Positions 47,873 to 60,000 of a stretch of 64,000 bases of DNA are shown piece after piece. Under the pieces are notes generated by a model. That model was given only the letters and a program-made list of their open reading frames with translations. It was not told where the DNA came from and did not search any database. Both the position numbers and the translations under genes were made by a program. This DNA is from an uncultured Verrucomicrobiae bacterium (GTDB lineage Bacteria > Verrucomicrobiota > Verrucomicrobiia > Limisphaerales > UBA11358), in assembly GCA_963802965.1 (NCBI GenBank), contig CAWDKS010000008.1, forward strand, positions 160,375 through 224,374. The letters are read 5' to 3'. Positions within the stretch are counted from its first letter, which is position 1, and each line of letters starts with the position of its first letter.

Positions 47873-49390
47873 GTGAGCGACGCCGATTCCAACCTGGCCA
47901 CCGGAAACCCCGGGACGCGCGAACGCACCATCGTCGGATTATTATGCCTGCTGGCCGCGGTTCACGTTTTCATTTTTTCCGCCGCTTTTCCTTTTTTCAA
48001 CAACGTGGACGAATCCGCCCACTTTGACCTGGTCCTGAAATATGCGCAGGGCCACATCCCGCGCCAATTGGAGCCGGTGTCAACGGAAACCGCGCGTTAC
48101 ATCGCGGTCTACGACGCGCTCGAAATCTACCTCTGGCCTTCAAACAATTGTCCGACGGAACAAACCCCGCCGCTGTGGACCCAGCCGATGGAGAAGGCCG
48201 CGCCACTTTTAATGTCCAGACAAAGAGGGTGGGAAAAGGTAATCAATCACGAAGCCTGGCAACCGCCGCTTTACTACGCGCTGGCCGCTTTGTGGTGGCA
48301 TGGGGGGCGGTGGCTCGGTTTGGATGGCGGCAACCTGTTGATTTGGCTTCGGTGCCTGGACATCCCGGTGGTCATGGCGCTCGTTTGGCTCGGCTATTTA
48401 ACGGCCCGCGTCCTCTTCCCGGAAAATTTATTTTTGCGCATCGGCGTTCCGGCGCTGCTGGCGGCCATGCCGCAAACCGCTTTTTATTCAATTTCAAACG
48501 ATGTCTTGTCGCCGCTTTGCTTCGGCGTGTCGTTTATTTTGCTGACGCGCTGGCTGCAGGCGGACATGCCCGGCGTCCGGTTGGGAATCTTTGTGGGTCT
48601 GGCGCTGGCGGCCACTGATTTGGCCAAAATCAGCAACCTGCCGCTGCTGGCGGTGTCAGCGGGGGCCGTGTTGTTCAAGTCGTGGCGGCTGGCCTGGGCC
48701 GGAAAATTGCGCGCGGCGCTTCCGATGCTGGCCACCTTGTTTTTTTGCGCCGCCTTGCCCATGGCGGCATGGGCCGTGTGGTGCAAATATAACTTCGGCG
48801 ATTTCACCGGCGCGGGGGCGACCGCACATTTTTTCGGCTTGGAGCGCAAACCGTTCAGTGAATGGTGGCGTCACCCCATCTTCACCCCGCCAGGTCTGTG
48901 GACGTTTGTGTCCGGGCTGACGGCGACTTTCTGGCGGGGGGAAATTTTGTGGCATAGGGTGCCGCTTGCCCTGCCGACGGTTGACTGGTTTTACATCATT
49001 TCGTCCATCGGCCTCGTCATCGCGGCCCTGGTTGCCCTCCTGCCGCGCCGCCAGCAGGCAAGCGGGCGGCAGCGGCAGGCGCTCACGCTGGGCTTTTTGA
49101 ATGTGGCCGCGGCGGTGGCGTTTCTAGGTTTCCTGTCCGTCATTTACGATTTCCACGATAATTTCAATCCGTCACGCGAGCATCCGTATTTCACGCTGGG
49201 CCGGTTGATGCTCGGTGCGCTGGTTCCCTTTTTGCTGCTTTATCTTTACGGCCTTGACCGCGTTCTGAACCAGTTGAGCCTCCGGACGAAATTTCTGGCG
49301 CTCGCCCTCCTGATTCTGTTCATGCTGGTTTCCGAAATCACCGCCGACTGGCCGGTCTTCTTCAGCCGGTACAACTGGTTCCACATGTAA
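47873..49390 (+). CDS. Polytopic membrane protein, glycosyltransferase-39/DUF2142-like (paralog 1)
   Basis: 505 aa with about 11 TM segments. VDESAHFDL in the first loop and QPPLYYALAALWW. GTG start. Confidence 0.65.
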   Translation: MSDADSNLATGNPGTRERTIVGLLCLLAAVHVFIFSAAFPFFNNVDESAHFDLVLKYAQGHIPRQLEPVSTETARYIAVYDALEIYLWPSNNCPTEQTPPLWTQPMEKAAPLLMSRQRGWEKVINHEAWQPPLYYALAALWWHGGRWLGLDGGNLLIWLRCLDIPVVMALVWLGYLTARVLFPENLFLRIGVPALLAAMPQTAFYSISNDVLSPLCFGVSFILLTRWLQADMPGVRLGIFVGLALAATDLAKISNLPLLAVSAGAVLFKSWRLAWAGKLRAALPMLATLFFCAALPMAAWAVWCKYNFGDFTGAGATAHFFGLERKPFSEWWRHPIFTPPGLWTFVSGLTATFWRGEILWHRVPLALPTVDWFYIISSIGLVIAALVALLPRRQQASGRQRQALTLGFLNVAAAVAFLGFLSVIYDFHDNFNPSREHPYFTLGRLMLGALVPFLLLYLYGLDRVLNQLSLRTKFLALALLILFMLVSEITADWPVFFSRYNWFHM

Positions 49391-49449
49391 TTTGGCTCGA
49401 AGCCGAACTTGTGCTTTGACTGGGGAGTTTTAAGCTGGCGGCGAATATT

Positions 49450-50967
49450 TTGAGCAACGCCGATTCCAACCCGTCCGCCGGAATCTCCGGGACGCGCGAG
49501 CGCGCCGTCGTCTGGCTGTTGTGCCTGCTGGCGACGGTCCATGTTTTTATTTTTTCCGCCGCCTTTCCCTTTTTCAACAGCACGGACGAACAAATCCATT
49601 TCGATCTGGCGGTGAAATGGTCGCAAGGACACGTGCTGCGCGCCCTGGAGCCGGTGTCCGACGAGGCGGTGCGTTACATCGTGCTCTACGGTTCGCCGGA
49701 GTATGTGGGCATCCCGACCAACGCCCCTGACGGGCAGTTTGCCCCGCCGCCATGGAAGCAGCCGCTGGAAAAAGTCCGCCCGGCCCTCATCGCCAAAACC
49801 AAGGTCTGGCGGACGGTGACGAACTACGAAGCCTCGCAGCCGCCGCTCTATTACACGCTGGCGGGTTTGTGGTGGCGCGTGGGAAAGGCATTTGGATTTC
49901 ACGACGGCCTTTTGCTCTATTGGCTCCGCTTCCTGAATGTGTTTTTCATCGCGGCGCTCGTGTGGCTGGGCTATGCGGCCGCGCGGATGGTTTTTCCGGA
50001 AAACCTGTTTTTGCGGCTCGGCGTGCCGGCGCTGCTCGCGTTCATGCCGCAGACGGCGTTTTACGCGATCCAAAATGACGTGCTCTCGCCGCTGTGTTTC
50101 GGCGCGGCGTTCATTTTGCTGGTGCGCTGGCTGGAATCCGAACGGCCGGGTGCGCGCCTGGGCATGTTCACCGGGCTGGCGCTGGCGGCGACGTTCCTGG
50201 CCAAAATCACCAACGTCCCGTTGCTGGCCGTCTCGGCCCTGGCCGTGCTGTTCAAAATGTGGCGGCTGTTCCGGGCTGAAAAATTGCGCGCGGCAAAGCC
50301 GTCCATTTTTTGGTTGGTGATTTGCGCGGGACTGCCGATGGCGCTCTGGCTCGCGTGGTGCAAATATAACTTCGGCGATTTCACCGGCTCGGAGGCGAAA
50401 ATCCGGTTTCTGGGCTGGACGCACAAACCGTTCGCCGAATGGTGGCCGCATCCGATTTTCACGCCGCACGGTTTTTGGGTGTTTCTGTCCGGCAATCTGG
50501 CGACGCTGTGGCAGGGCGAGATGTTGTGGCACCGCCAGCCGCTCGCCCTCCATGGCGTGGATTCGGTTTACGCGGTTCTGTCCGCCGGACTGATCGCGTT
50601 GGCGCTGGCCGCCCTTTTCCGGCGTCCCGCCGTCACGACCACTCCGCAATGGCGGGTGCTGTGGTTCGCCTTCGGCTGTTTCACCGCGGCCCTCGCGTTC
50701 TTCGGCTGGCTCTCCATCATTTACGATTTTCAGGACTGCTTTTATCCGTCGCGCGCACACCCGTATTTCACCTCCGGTCGCCTGCTGCTAGGCGCGCTGA
50801 TTCCGTTCCTGCTGCTCTTCGTTTTTGGCCTCGACCGCGCGTTGAGCCGTTTCGGCAACCCGGCAAAATTCTTCGTGCTGGCTGGAATCATCCTGTTCAT
50901 GTTGATTTCCGAAGTCACGATTGACTGGCCGGTTTTCCAGAATCCCTACAACTGGTTTCACATGTGA
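49450..50967 (+). CDS. Polytopic membrane protein, glycosyltransferase-39/DUF2142-like (paralog 2)
   Basis: 505 aa, collinear with paralog 1 (TDEQIHFDL, QPPLYYTLAGLWW; both end NWFHM*). TTG start. Confidence 0.65.
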   Translation: MSNADSNPSAGISGTRERAVVWLLCLLATVHVFIFSAAFPFFNSTDEQIHFDLAVKWSQGHVLRALEPVSDEAVRYIVLYGSPEYVGIPTNAPDGQFAPPPWKQPLEKVRPALIAKTKVWRTVTNYEASQPPLYYTLAGLWWRVGKAFGFHDGLLLYWLRFLNVFFIAALVWLGYAAARMVFPENLFLRLGVPALLAFMPQTAFYAIQNDVLSPLCFGAAFILLVRWLESERPGARLGMFTGLALAATFLAKITNVPLLAVSALAVLFKMWRLFRAEKLRAAKPSIFWLVICAGLPMALWLAWCKYNFGDFTGSEAKIRFLGWTHKPFAEWWPHPIFTPHGFWVFLSGNLATLWQGEMLWHRQPLALHGVDSVYAVLSAGLIALALAALFRRPAVTTTPQWRVLWFAFGCFTAALAFFGWLSIIYDFQDCFYPSRAHPYFTSGRLLLGALIPFLLLFVFGLDRALSRFGNPAKFFVLAGIILFMLISEVTIDWPVFQNPYNWFHM

Positions 50968-50970
50968 AGC

Positions 50971-51052
50971 CGGTGGGGCGAGACTCCGTCGAGCCGTTGG
51001 AGTTCAAGCTTCAGCTTGTTCTCCCTCCAACAGGCTGAAGCCTGAACTCCAA
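50971..51052. repeat. Family G 26-nt box fused to a family B palindrome
   Basis: ggtggggcgagactccgtcgagccgt (50971-50996), then gttggagttcaagcttcagc ... gctgaagcctgaactccaac (50995-51052). Possible terminator-like hairpin after the membrane gene. Confidence 0.85.
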
Positions 51053-51119
51053 CATGGCCACGCCGAATTCATTTCCGCGTGCAAACGTGGGCGGTTTCTG
51101 ATTTACTCCGCCGACTCTG

Positions 51120-52664
<1,545 letters not shown>

Positions 52665-52835
52665 GCTGTGGGTAGCACAGGCCTCGGGCCTGTCGTTTCC
52701 GGCGTCGCGCCGGAAACCTTCGCAATTCACAATTCCCAACGTGCGAACCATCATGCATCTGCTACACTGTCCGACGAAATTCGGCGGGACGCCGAATTTA
52801 ACCCGCGAGACGCGGGTGCCACCGAATTTTTTTTC

Positions 52836-54776
52836 ATGTTAACCGTTGCCGGACTCAGCAAAGCCTTTGGCGGTCGTCAGCTTTTTGACGACGTGTCGCT
52901 CACGCTCCTGTCCGGCGAGCGCGTCGGCCTCGTCGGGCCGAACGGCGCGGGCAAATCCACACTGCTCAAAATCATCCTCGGCCAGGAATCGCCGGACGCC
53001 GGCGAGGTCACGTTCATCCGCGGCACGCGGTTCGGCTACCTGCCGCAGGAAAGCGAACCCGCCGGCAACGAAGCCGTCCTCGACATCGCCGTGCCGCACG
53101 ACCACGAGCACGACGGCCAGTTCGTCGCCCGGGCGAAACAGATTCTCGCCAGCCTCGGTTTCAAGCAGACGGACTTCACGCGTCCGGCGCGCGAATTGAG
53201 CGGCGGCTGGGTGATGCGCGCGCACTTGGCGCGGTTGCTGGTGCAGGAACCGGACGTGCTGATGCTCGATGAGCCAACCAATCATCTCGATCTTGAAACA
53301 CTGCTTTGGTTCCAGGAGTATCTGCGGAATTATCCCGGTGCCATCCTGCTCATTTCGCACGACCGCGAATTTCTCAACCGCCTTTGCACGCACGTCGCCG
53401 AACTCCGCTCGGCGCGCGTGCTGCGTTACACCGGCAACTACGACGAATACCTCGAACAACGCGCCGCCGCGGAAGTGACGCTGGTTGCCACGGCCAAGGC
53501 GCAGCAGCGCGAGATTGACCGGATGCAATTGTTCGTGGACCGGTTCCGCGCCAAGAACACCAAGGCCGCGCAGGCGCAGAGCAAGATGAAACAGATTGAG
53601 CGGCTCAAGGAGGACATGGTCCAGACGCCCGACGGGCCGGGTCCGACGGTGGGATTCCGTTTCCCGCAACCGCAACGCAGCGGCCATCGCGTCATCACAT
53701 TGAAGCATGTGAAGTTTGGCTACCCGGTGGAGCGCCGGGCACCGTCCCGGCTCGACGATGAACAGAAACACGCCGAGGCGGTGCTCGGCGCTCCGGTTGC
53801 AGACACCAAGCTCCTTTACGAAAACCTGAATTTCGAGGCCGAGCGCGGACAGCGCATCGTGCTGGTCGGACCGAATGGGGCGGGCAAATCCACCCTGCTG
53901 AAGCTGCTGGCTGACGTGCTGCAACCCGTGTCGGGCGAACGCCGGCTCGGGCACAATGCGAAGTCCGGCTACTTCGCGCAGCATCGCGCGGCCATGCTCA
54001 ATCCCAACCATACCGTGTTGCAGGAGGCGCTCGAAACGCCGCAACGAGTCACGGAACAGTTCGTTCGCACCGTGCTCGGCAGCTTTCTGTTCCGGGGCGA
54101 CGACGTGTTCAAGGCGGTGAATGTGCTGAGCGGCGGCGAGAAAAGCCGGCTCGCGCTGGTGAAACTGCTGCTCGACCCGCCGAACCTGTTGTTGATGGAC
54201 GAGCCGACGACGCATCTCGACCTCGCGAGCGTGGACGCGCTCATCGAGGCGTTGCAGCCCTACGAAGGCACGTTGATTTTCATCAGCCACGACGTGCATT
54301 TCATCCGCGTGCTGGCGAACCACGTCGTGCGCGTTGAAAACGGCCGGCTCCGGCATTTCACCGGCGGCTACCAGTATTACCTCGACAAGACCTCGCAATC
54401 CGCCCGCGCGGCGCTGACGTCGTCTGGTAGGGACGCGCTGCCGCGCGTCCAGGCTGACCGGCAGGTCAGCCCCACCATTGACCGCAAGGGACAAAAACGC
54501 ATTGAAGCCGAGCAACGGCAGGCGCGTTCGCGGAAGAAACAGGAAATCCAGAAACGCCTCGCCGCGCGCGAAAAGGAAATCGCGGAACTCGAAACGAAGG
54601 AAAAGGAATTAACGGCGGAACTGGAGAAACCGGAGACCTACACGACCGGCGGGCGGGCGACGCAGATCAATCGCGAGCTGATGCACGTCCATGAACGTCT
54701 GGCGGAGGCGAACACGGAATGGGAAAAGGCGGGGACGGAACTGGCGCGGTTCGAGGCGGAAGCCGCCGCGACGTGA
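52836..54776 (+). CDS. ABC-F family ATPase (two ABC domains, no TM) with a repeat-derived in-frame insert
   Basis: Two Walker A motifs ([12 protein letters not shown] twice), two signatures (LSGGW, LSGGEK), an inter-domain linker and a C-terminal coiled coil. ATG 52836 chosen. Confidence 0.92.
   Translation: MLTVAGLSKAFGGRQLFDDVSLTLLSGERVGLVGPNGAGKSTLLKIILGQESPDAGEVTFIRGTRFGYLPQESEPAGNEAVLDIAVPHDHEHDGQFVARAKQILASLGFKQTDFTRPARELSGGWVMRAHLARLLVQEPDVLMLDEPTNHLDLETLLWFQEYLRNYPGAILLISHDREFLNRLCTHVAELRSARVLRYTGNYDEYLEQRAAAEVTLVATAKAQQREIDRMQLFVDRFRAKNTKAAQAQSKMKQIERLKEDMVQTPDGPGPTVGFRFPQPQRSGHRVITLKHVKFGYPVERRAPSRLDDEQKHAEAVLGAPVADTKLLYENLNFEAERGQRIVLVGPNGAGKSTLLKLLADVLQPVSGERRLGHNAKSGYFAQHRAAMLNPNHTVLQEALETPQRVTEQFVRTVLGSFLFRGDDVFKAVNVLSGGEKSRLALVKLLLDPPNLLLMDEPTTHLDLASVDALIEALQPYEGTLIFISHDVHFIRVLANHVVRVENGRLRHFTGGYQYYLDKTSQSARAALTSSGRDALPRVQADRQVSPTIDRKGQKRIEAEQRQARSRKKQEIQKRLAAREKEIAELETKEKELTAELEKPETYTTGGRATQINRELMHVHERLAEANTEWEKAGTELARFEAEAAAT
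53729..53794. repeat. Family C palindromic element inside the ABC-F CDS
   Basis: ggagcgccgggcaccgtcccggctcgacg ... cgccgaggcggtgctcggcgctcc. The left arm matches the reverse complement of the right arm of the recA-upstream copy. Confidence 0.85.
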
Positions 54777-54978
54777 TTTTCCCGGGAGGGTCGCCGTGTC
54801 GGCGACCCAAAATCTCGAAAAAATGGGACGGCGACACGCCGTCCCTCCCAAATCACAACCACGACTTCAACCGTTCACCAGGCGGCGGTTCCAGAATGTT
54901 CGCCCGAGACCCTGAAAATTTTTGAGGGAATTTTCGCAGGTTGGTGTATAATATGCGTCGTTATACTCGATATTGATT

Positions 54979-55305
54979 ATGAAGAAATTGAAAATACTTG
55001 CGGCCATTGCGGCGGCTGTTCCATTCCTCGCCTTGCCGCTCGCCGGTCTGGCGGACGGCACAAATTCGGTGGCTGCCTCCAAGCCCGTGCCGTATCCGCT
55101 CGACACGTGCATTGTGTCCGGCGAGAAATTCGGCGGCGACATGGGGCCGCCCGTCGTGTTCATCTATCAGGACAAGGCAAAGGGCATCAACCAGGAGATC
55201 AAATTTTGCTGTCCGATGTGCAAGCCGAAATTCCTCAAGGACCCGGACAAATACATGAAAATCATCCACGACGCCGAGGCCAGGGCCAAGGACGCCAAAA
55301 ATTGA
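54979..55305 (+). CDS. Small secreted protein with YHS/TRASH-like Cys motif
   Basis: Signal peptide (MKKLKILAAIAAAVPFLALPLAG), then C-x(n)-FCCPMCKPKF..DP.KY, resembling a metal-binding TRASH/YHS module. Confidence 0.55.
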   Translation: MKKLKILAAIAAAVPFLALPLAGLADGTNSVAASKPVPYPLDTCIVSGEKFGGDMGPPVVFIYQDKAKGINQEIKFCCPMCKPKFLKDPDKYMKIIHDAEARAKDAKN

Positions 55306-55362
55306 TGGGCGAAAGCCAAAAAACGTGCGGCATGATTTGCCCATCGGAGTGAAATTCAAATC

Positions 55363-55698
55363 GTGAAAACGGCACTGTCCATCTTTTGCAGCCTGGCGTT
55401 CGCCTGGGCGCAGATTGCCGTCTGCGAGCAAACGCCGCAGGCGCCCGCCGCAAAAGTGGATTGCGGTTGCGGCGGCAAAATGGCCTGTTGTGCCGCGATA
55501 CCCGTCCCGGCTCCGCCGCCGCTCACGGCCAATCCGGCCCCCGCCGGAAACCAAAACCAGCTTTCCGTTCCTCCGCAAAACATTGTGGCGTGGGTTTTGC
55601 CTGACGCCGCATCGCCCGGGTTTTCCCCGGTTGCTTCAACATTGTTCCCCGCGCCCGGTGCCGCGCTCTACGCGCGGGACTGCGCCCGGCTGATCTGA
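55363..55698 (+). CDS. Small secreted Cys-rich protein
   Basis: Signal peptide, then the DCGCGGKMACCA cluster and a Pro/Ala-rich tail. GTG start. I recognise no family. Confidence 0.45.
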   Translation: MKTALSIFCSLAFAWAQIAVCEQTPQAPAAKVDCGCGGKMACCAAIPVPAPPPLTANPAPAGNQNQLSVPPQNIVAWVLPDAASPGFSPVASTLFPAPGAALYARDCARLI

Positions 55699-55850
55699 TT
55701 TTTCCGCTTCCCCGCCCGGAGTGTGCCTTGAGCCGGCGCGCTTCGGACACGCTCCTTTGCTCCACGGAATTTTTGTGCCCGTGATTTGCCCCAAATTTTT
55801 CCGCCGCGCACAAACGGCGGCGATTGAAACAAAAACGAAAGAGAAATTTT

Positions 55851-56129
55851 ATGAAAACGAAACTGATTTTAATCGCTGTCCTAGCCGCCATGCTGGGCGG
55901 AGCCGCCGGCTGGCTGGCGCCGCATCATCCGGTGGGGACTGTCACCGCGTCCTCGGACCGCAAAATTCTTTACTACGCCTGCCCGATGCATCCGAACATC
56001 AAATACGACAAGCCCGGTGACTGCCCGATTTGCGGCATGAAGCTCCAGCCAGTTTATGCGGATGAAACCAAAACGAACGCGCCCGCCGCACCGCCGGCAG
56101 GTTGCTGTTCGGTCGGCACGACCCCTTGA
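55851..56129 (+). CDS. Small membrane-anchored heavy-metal-binding-domain protein
   Basis: TM anchor, then ILYYACPMHPNIKYDKPGDCPICGMKL (the HMBD found at CusB N-termini) and a C-terminal GCCS. Confidence 0.7.
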   Translation: MKTKLILIAVLAAMLGGAAGWLAPHHPVGTVTASSDRKILYYACPMHPNIKYDKPGDCPICGMKLQPVYADETKTNAPAAPPAGCCSVGTTP

Positions 56130-56142
56130 AGCGGGCAATTTT

Positions 56143-57021
56143 ATGAAACCGAAAACCCTTTTGCTCGTGCTGTTCGTCGCCGTCGCGAGTGCGACAACGG
56201 CGTGGTTCGCCGCGCGGCGCGAGCCTGCCCCAACGACCACCACTCACACCGCCGCCACGGGCCGAAGGATTCTTTATTACCAAAGTCCAATGCACCCGTG
56301 GATCAAGTCTGACAAGCCGGGGAAATGCCCAATTTGCGGCATGAACCTGGTGCCGGTTTATGAAAGCGGGGAAAGCACCAACACCGGCTTCGGCCTCAAG
56401 CTCAATGCCGACAGCGTGAGCGTCGCCAACGTCCAGACCGCGACGGTCGAACGCCGCCTGCTCGTCCGCACTTTGCGCGTGGCTGGCAGCATCTCGGCGA
56501 ACTCCTGGACGGCGGCCTGGTTCGAGTTCACCGCCTATTCCCGCGACCTCGTCTGGCTGAAAATCGGCCAAACCATTGAAGTCACCGTGCCGTCCGCACC
56601 GGGAAAAGTTTATTCGGCGCAAATCAAATTGCACGGTGTGCGGCCCGTCGCGGACACGGATTTTGACAGCGCGTCGGACAGCACCAAAATTCGCGCGGAA
56701 ATTTCCGATCCGCCGGTCGAGGCCGGTAATTTGGGCGGGGAAAAACTGTTCACCGGGCTTTACGCCGAGGGCCGCGTGCTGGTCAGCCTGCCGGAAACCC
56801 TCGCCGTGCCGCGCAACGCGGTGCTTCAGCCCGGCCAGCAGCCGGTCGTTTATGTGGACGAAGGGAATGGTTATTACGAGCAGCGCAAGGTGAAGCTGGG
56901 CCGCGTTGGCGATGAATTTGTCGAGGTCCTCGACGGTTTGAAGGAAGGCGACAAGATCGTCACCTCCGGCGGGCTGTTGATTGACGCCGAGGCACAGATT
57001 TCCCAAAGCGCCCAAAATTAA
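56143..57021 (+). CDS. cusB: CusB-like RND adaptor with N-terminal heavy-metal-binding domain
   Basis: [27 protein letters not shown] followed by MFP beta-barrel motifs ([46 protein letters not shown]). Confidence 0.8.
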   Translation: MKPKTLLLVLFVAVASATTAWFAARREPAPTTTTHTAATGRRILYYQSPMHPWIKSDKPGKCPICGMNLVPVYESGESTNTGFGLKLNADSVSVANVQTATVERRLLVRTLRVAGSISANSWTAAWFEFTAYSRDLVWLKIGQTIEVTVPSAPGKVYSAQIKLHGVRPVADTDFDSASDSTKIRAEISDPPVEAGNLGGEKLFTGLYAEGRVLVSLPETLAVPRNAVLQPGQQPVVYVDEGNGYYEQRKVKLGRVGDEFVEVLDGLKEGDKIVTSGGLLIDAEAQISQSAQN

Positions 57022-57025
57022 TGTC

Positions 57026-60000
57026 ATGATCAACCGCATCATAGAATGGTCGTTGCGCAACCGCTTCCTGGTCTTTTGCGGTGTGGCGCTGCTCATCGGC
57101 TTCGGCGTCCGCGCCGTTTATCGCACGCCGGTGGATGCGATCCCCGACTTGAGCGAAAATCAGGTCGTCGTTTTCGCCGACTGGCCGGGGCGCAGCCCGC
57201 AGGAAGTCGAGGATCAGGTCACCTATCCGCTCTCGGTAAATTTGCAGGGGCTTGCCGGCGTGAAAACCGTCCGCGCCAACTCGATGTTCGGCTTCTCGCT
57301 CGTCACCATCATTTTCGACGACAAGATTGACAATTATTTCGCGCGGTCGCGCGTGCTCGAACGGCTGAATTATCTCGGTGACGTTCTGCCCGCCGGCGTC
57401 GAACCGAAGCTCGGCCCGGACGCGACCGGCCTTGGCTGGGTTTACCAGTATTACCTCGACGTGGACCCGAAGCTTGCGCCGGATGGCGGTTACGACCTCG
57501 GGCGCTTGCGCGCGATTCAGGACTGGTTTGTGCGTTATCAACTCAATGCCGTTCCCGGCGTGGCCGAGGTCGCGAGCATCGGCGGTTTCGTGCGGCAATA
57601 CCAGATTGAGGTCTCGTCGCTGCGGATGCGCGCGATGAATGTGACACTGCAAATGGTCATGGACGCCGTGAAGCAAAGCAATTTGAACGTCGGCGGCAAG
57701 GTCATCGAGGAAAACGGAATGGAATTCGTCGTGCGCGGCGTCGGCCTCGTCAATTCCAACGCGGATTTGGAAAACATCGTCCTCACGCAGAGCAGCGGCA
57801 CGCCGGTTTATCTCAAGGACGTGGCGACCGTGCAGGTCGGCGGCGATTTCCGGCGCGGCGCGCTGGACATTGACGGGCACGAAGCCGTCGGCGGCATCGT
57901 TGTCATGCGCACCGGCGAAAACGCGATGCAGGTCATCCGCGACGTGAAGGCCAAGATCGCGCAAATCGCGCCGAGCCTGCCGCCGGGCGTCAGCATCAAA
58001 TCCTTTTACGACCGCAGCGAGCTGATTGACCGCACGCTCGATACGCTCAAACACGCGCTGACCGAGGAAGCCATCCTCGTCACGTTCGTCATCATCCTCT
58101 TTCTGTTCCATTTCCGCAGCATCCTCATCGTCACGCTGCCGCTGCCGCTTTCGATTCTCGTTTCGTTCATCCTGATGAACCAGTTCGGCATCACGTCGAA
58201 CATCATGTCGCTCTCCGGCATCGCCATCGCCATCGGCGTGCTGGTGGACGCGGGCATCGTCATGGCCGAAAACGCCATCCGGCATTGCGAACTGGCGGAG
58301 AACAAGAAAGGCGCGCGGCTGAACAAGACCGAGTCGTTGCAAGTCACGCTGGAGGCGGCGCAACAGGTCGGACGCCCGATTTTCTTCGCGATGGTCATCA
58401 TCATCCTCGCATTCGTGCCGGTGTTCGCGCTGACCGGCCAAGAGGGAAAACTGTTTCACCCCCTCGCGTTCACGAAGACCTTTGCAATGGCCGGCTCGAC
58501 GCTGCTGGCCATCACGCTCGTGCCGGCGTTGTGCGCGACGTTCATCCGTGGTCCGTTCCATGCCGAAGACGCCAATCCGTTGATGAAAATCCTGCTGGCG
58601 ATTTACAACCCGATCTTGGATTGGGCATTGCGCTTCCGCAAAACGGTACTCGGCATTGCGTTGATTTTGGTCACTGCCGCGCTGGTTCTGGCCTTTGGCG
58701 TTCCGTCGAGAAATTGTCTCTCAACTCTCAATCCTCAACCCTCAACTGGCAACGAAGCTGCCCCGCGGCATGGGCAGCGAATTCATGCCGACACTAAACG
58801 AAGGCAGTCTGCTTTTCATGCCGGTGCTGCTGCCCAGCACGTCGCTCACAGAAGTGAAACGCATCATGGCTTGGCAGGATCAGGTCATCAGTCAGACACC
58901 CGAAGTAGCAAGTGTCGGCGGAAAATTAGGCCGTTCCGAGACCGCCACCGACCCCGCGCCGATTGAGATGATTGAGACGACCATCATGCTCAAACCGGAA
59001 TCACAATGGCGTCCAGGCATGACCAAGGAAAAACTCATCGCCGAGCTGGAGGAAAAATTGTCGCAGATGCCTGGCTACGTGCCCGGATTTTTGCAGCCGA
59101 TTGAAAACCGCATTTTGATGATCAGCACCGGCATCCGCGCGCAGGTCGGCATCAAGATTCTCGGCGACAACTTGGACGCGCTCCAGCAAAAGGCGTTCGA
59201 GGTCGAGCGTGTCGTCCGGCAGATTCCCGGCGCGGTCGGCGTGGCCGCATCGCGCACGGAAGGCAAACTGTATCTCGACATCGAGGTGGACCGCGCGGCG
59301 ATGGCGCGTTACGGCCTGCGCGCGCAGGATGTCCTGGACCAGGTCGAAGGCGGCATCGGCGGCGACAATGTTTCCACGGCGATTGCCGGACGCGAACGCA
59401 TTCCCATCCAAGTCCGGCTGCAACGGAGCGAACGCGACGACATCGAGCGGCTCGGCGATCTGCTCGTGCCGACGCCGGCGGGAAAATATGTTCCGCTCGG
59501 TGAAGTGGCAAAAATCCGCCGCGAAATCGGGCCGAGCGAAATCAACAGCGAAAACGGGCGTTTGCGTGTGTTCGTGCAGGCGAACGTCGAGGGCCGCGAC
59601 CTCGGCGGCTTCGTGAAGGAAACGCAGGCGCGCCTCGCGAAGGAAATTTCCCTGCCGCCCGGCATGACGATTGAATGGAGCGGCCAATACGAAAACCAGA
59701 TCCGCGCGCAGCACACGTTGCGGCTCATCGTGCCGGCGGCGTTGTTCGTCATCTTCCTGCTGCTGTATGTCGTTTATCACAGCGCGAAGGAGGCGGCGCA
59801 CGTCATCCTCGCCGTGCCGTTCGCGCTGACCGGCGGCGTGTTCCTGCAATGGCTGCTCGGCTACAACTTCAGCGTGGCGGTCTGGGTCGGCTACATCGCG
59901 TTGTTTGGAACGGCGATTCAAACTGGCGTCGTGATGGTGGTTTATCTGGATGAAGCGGTTAAAAAGAAAATGGCCGAGCGCGGCAACTTATTTTCCCGCG

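Noticed and set aside
49246-50760. 504-aa minus-strand ORF opposite the second membrane paralog
   Set aside because: Highly basic low-complexity translation. The plus strand encodes a coherent polytopic membrane protein with a paralog next to it.
55999-59921. Minus-strand ORFs (365, 533 and 306 aa) opposite cusB/cusA
   Set aside because: Shadow ORFs (Arg/Asp/His-rich). The plus strand reads as CusB/CusA throughout.
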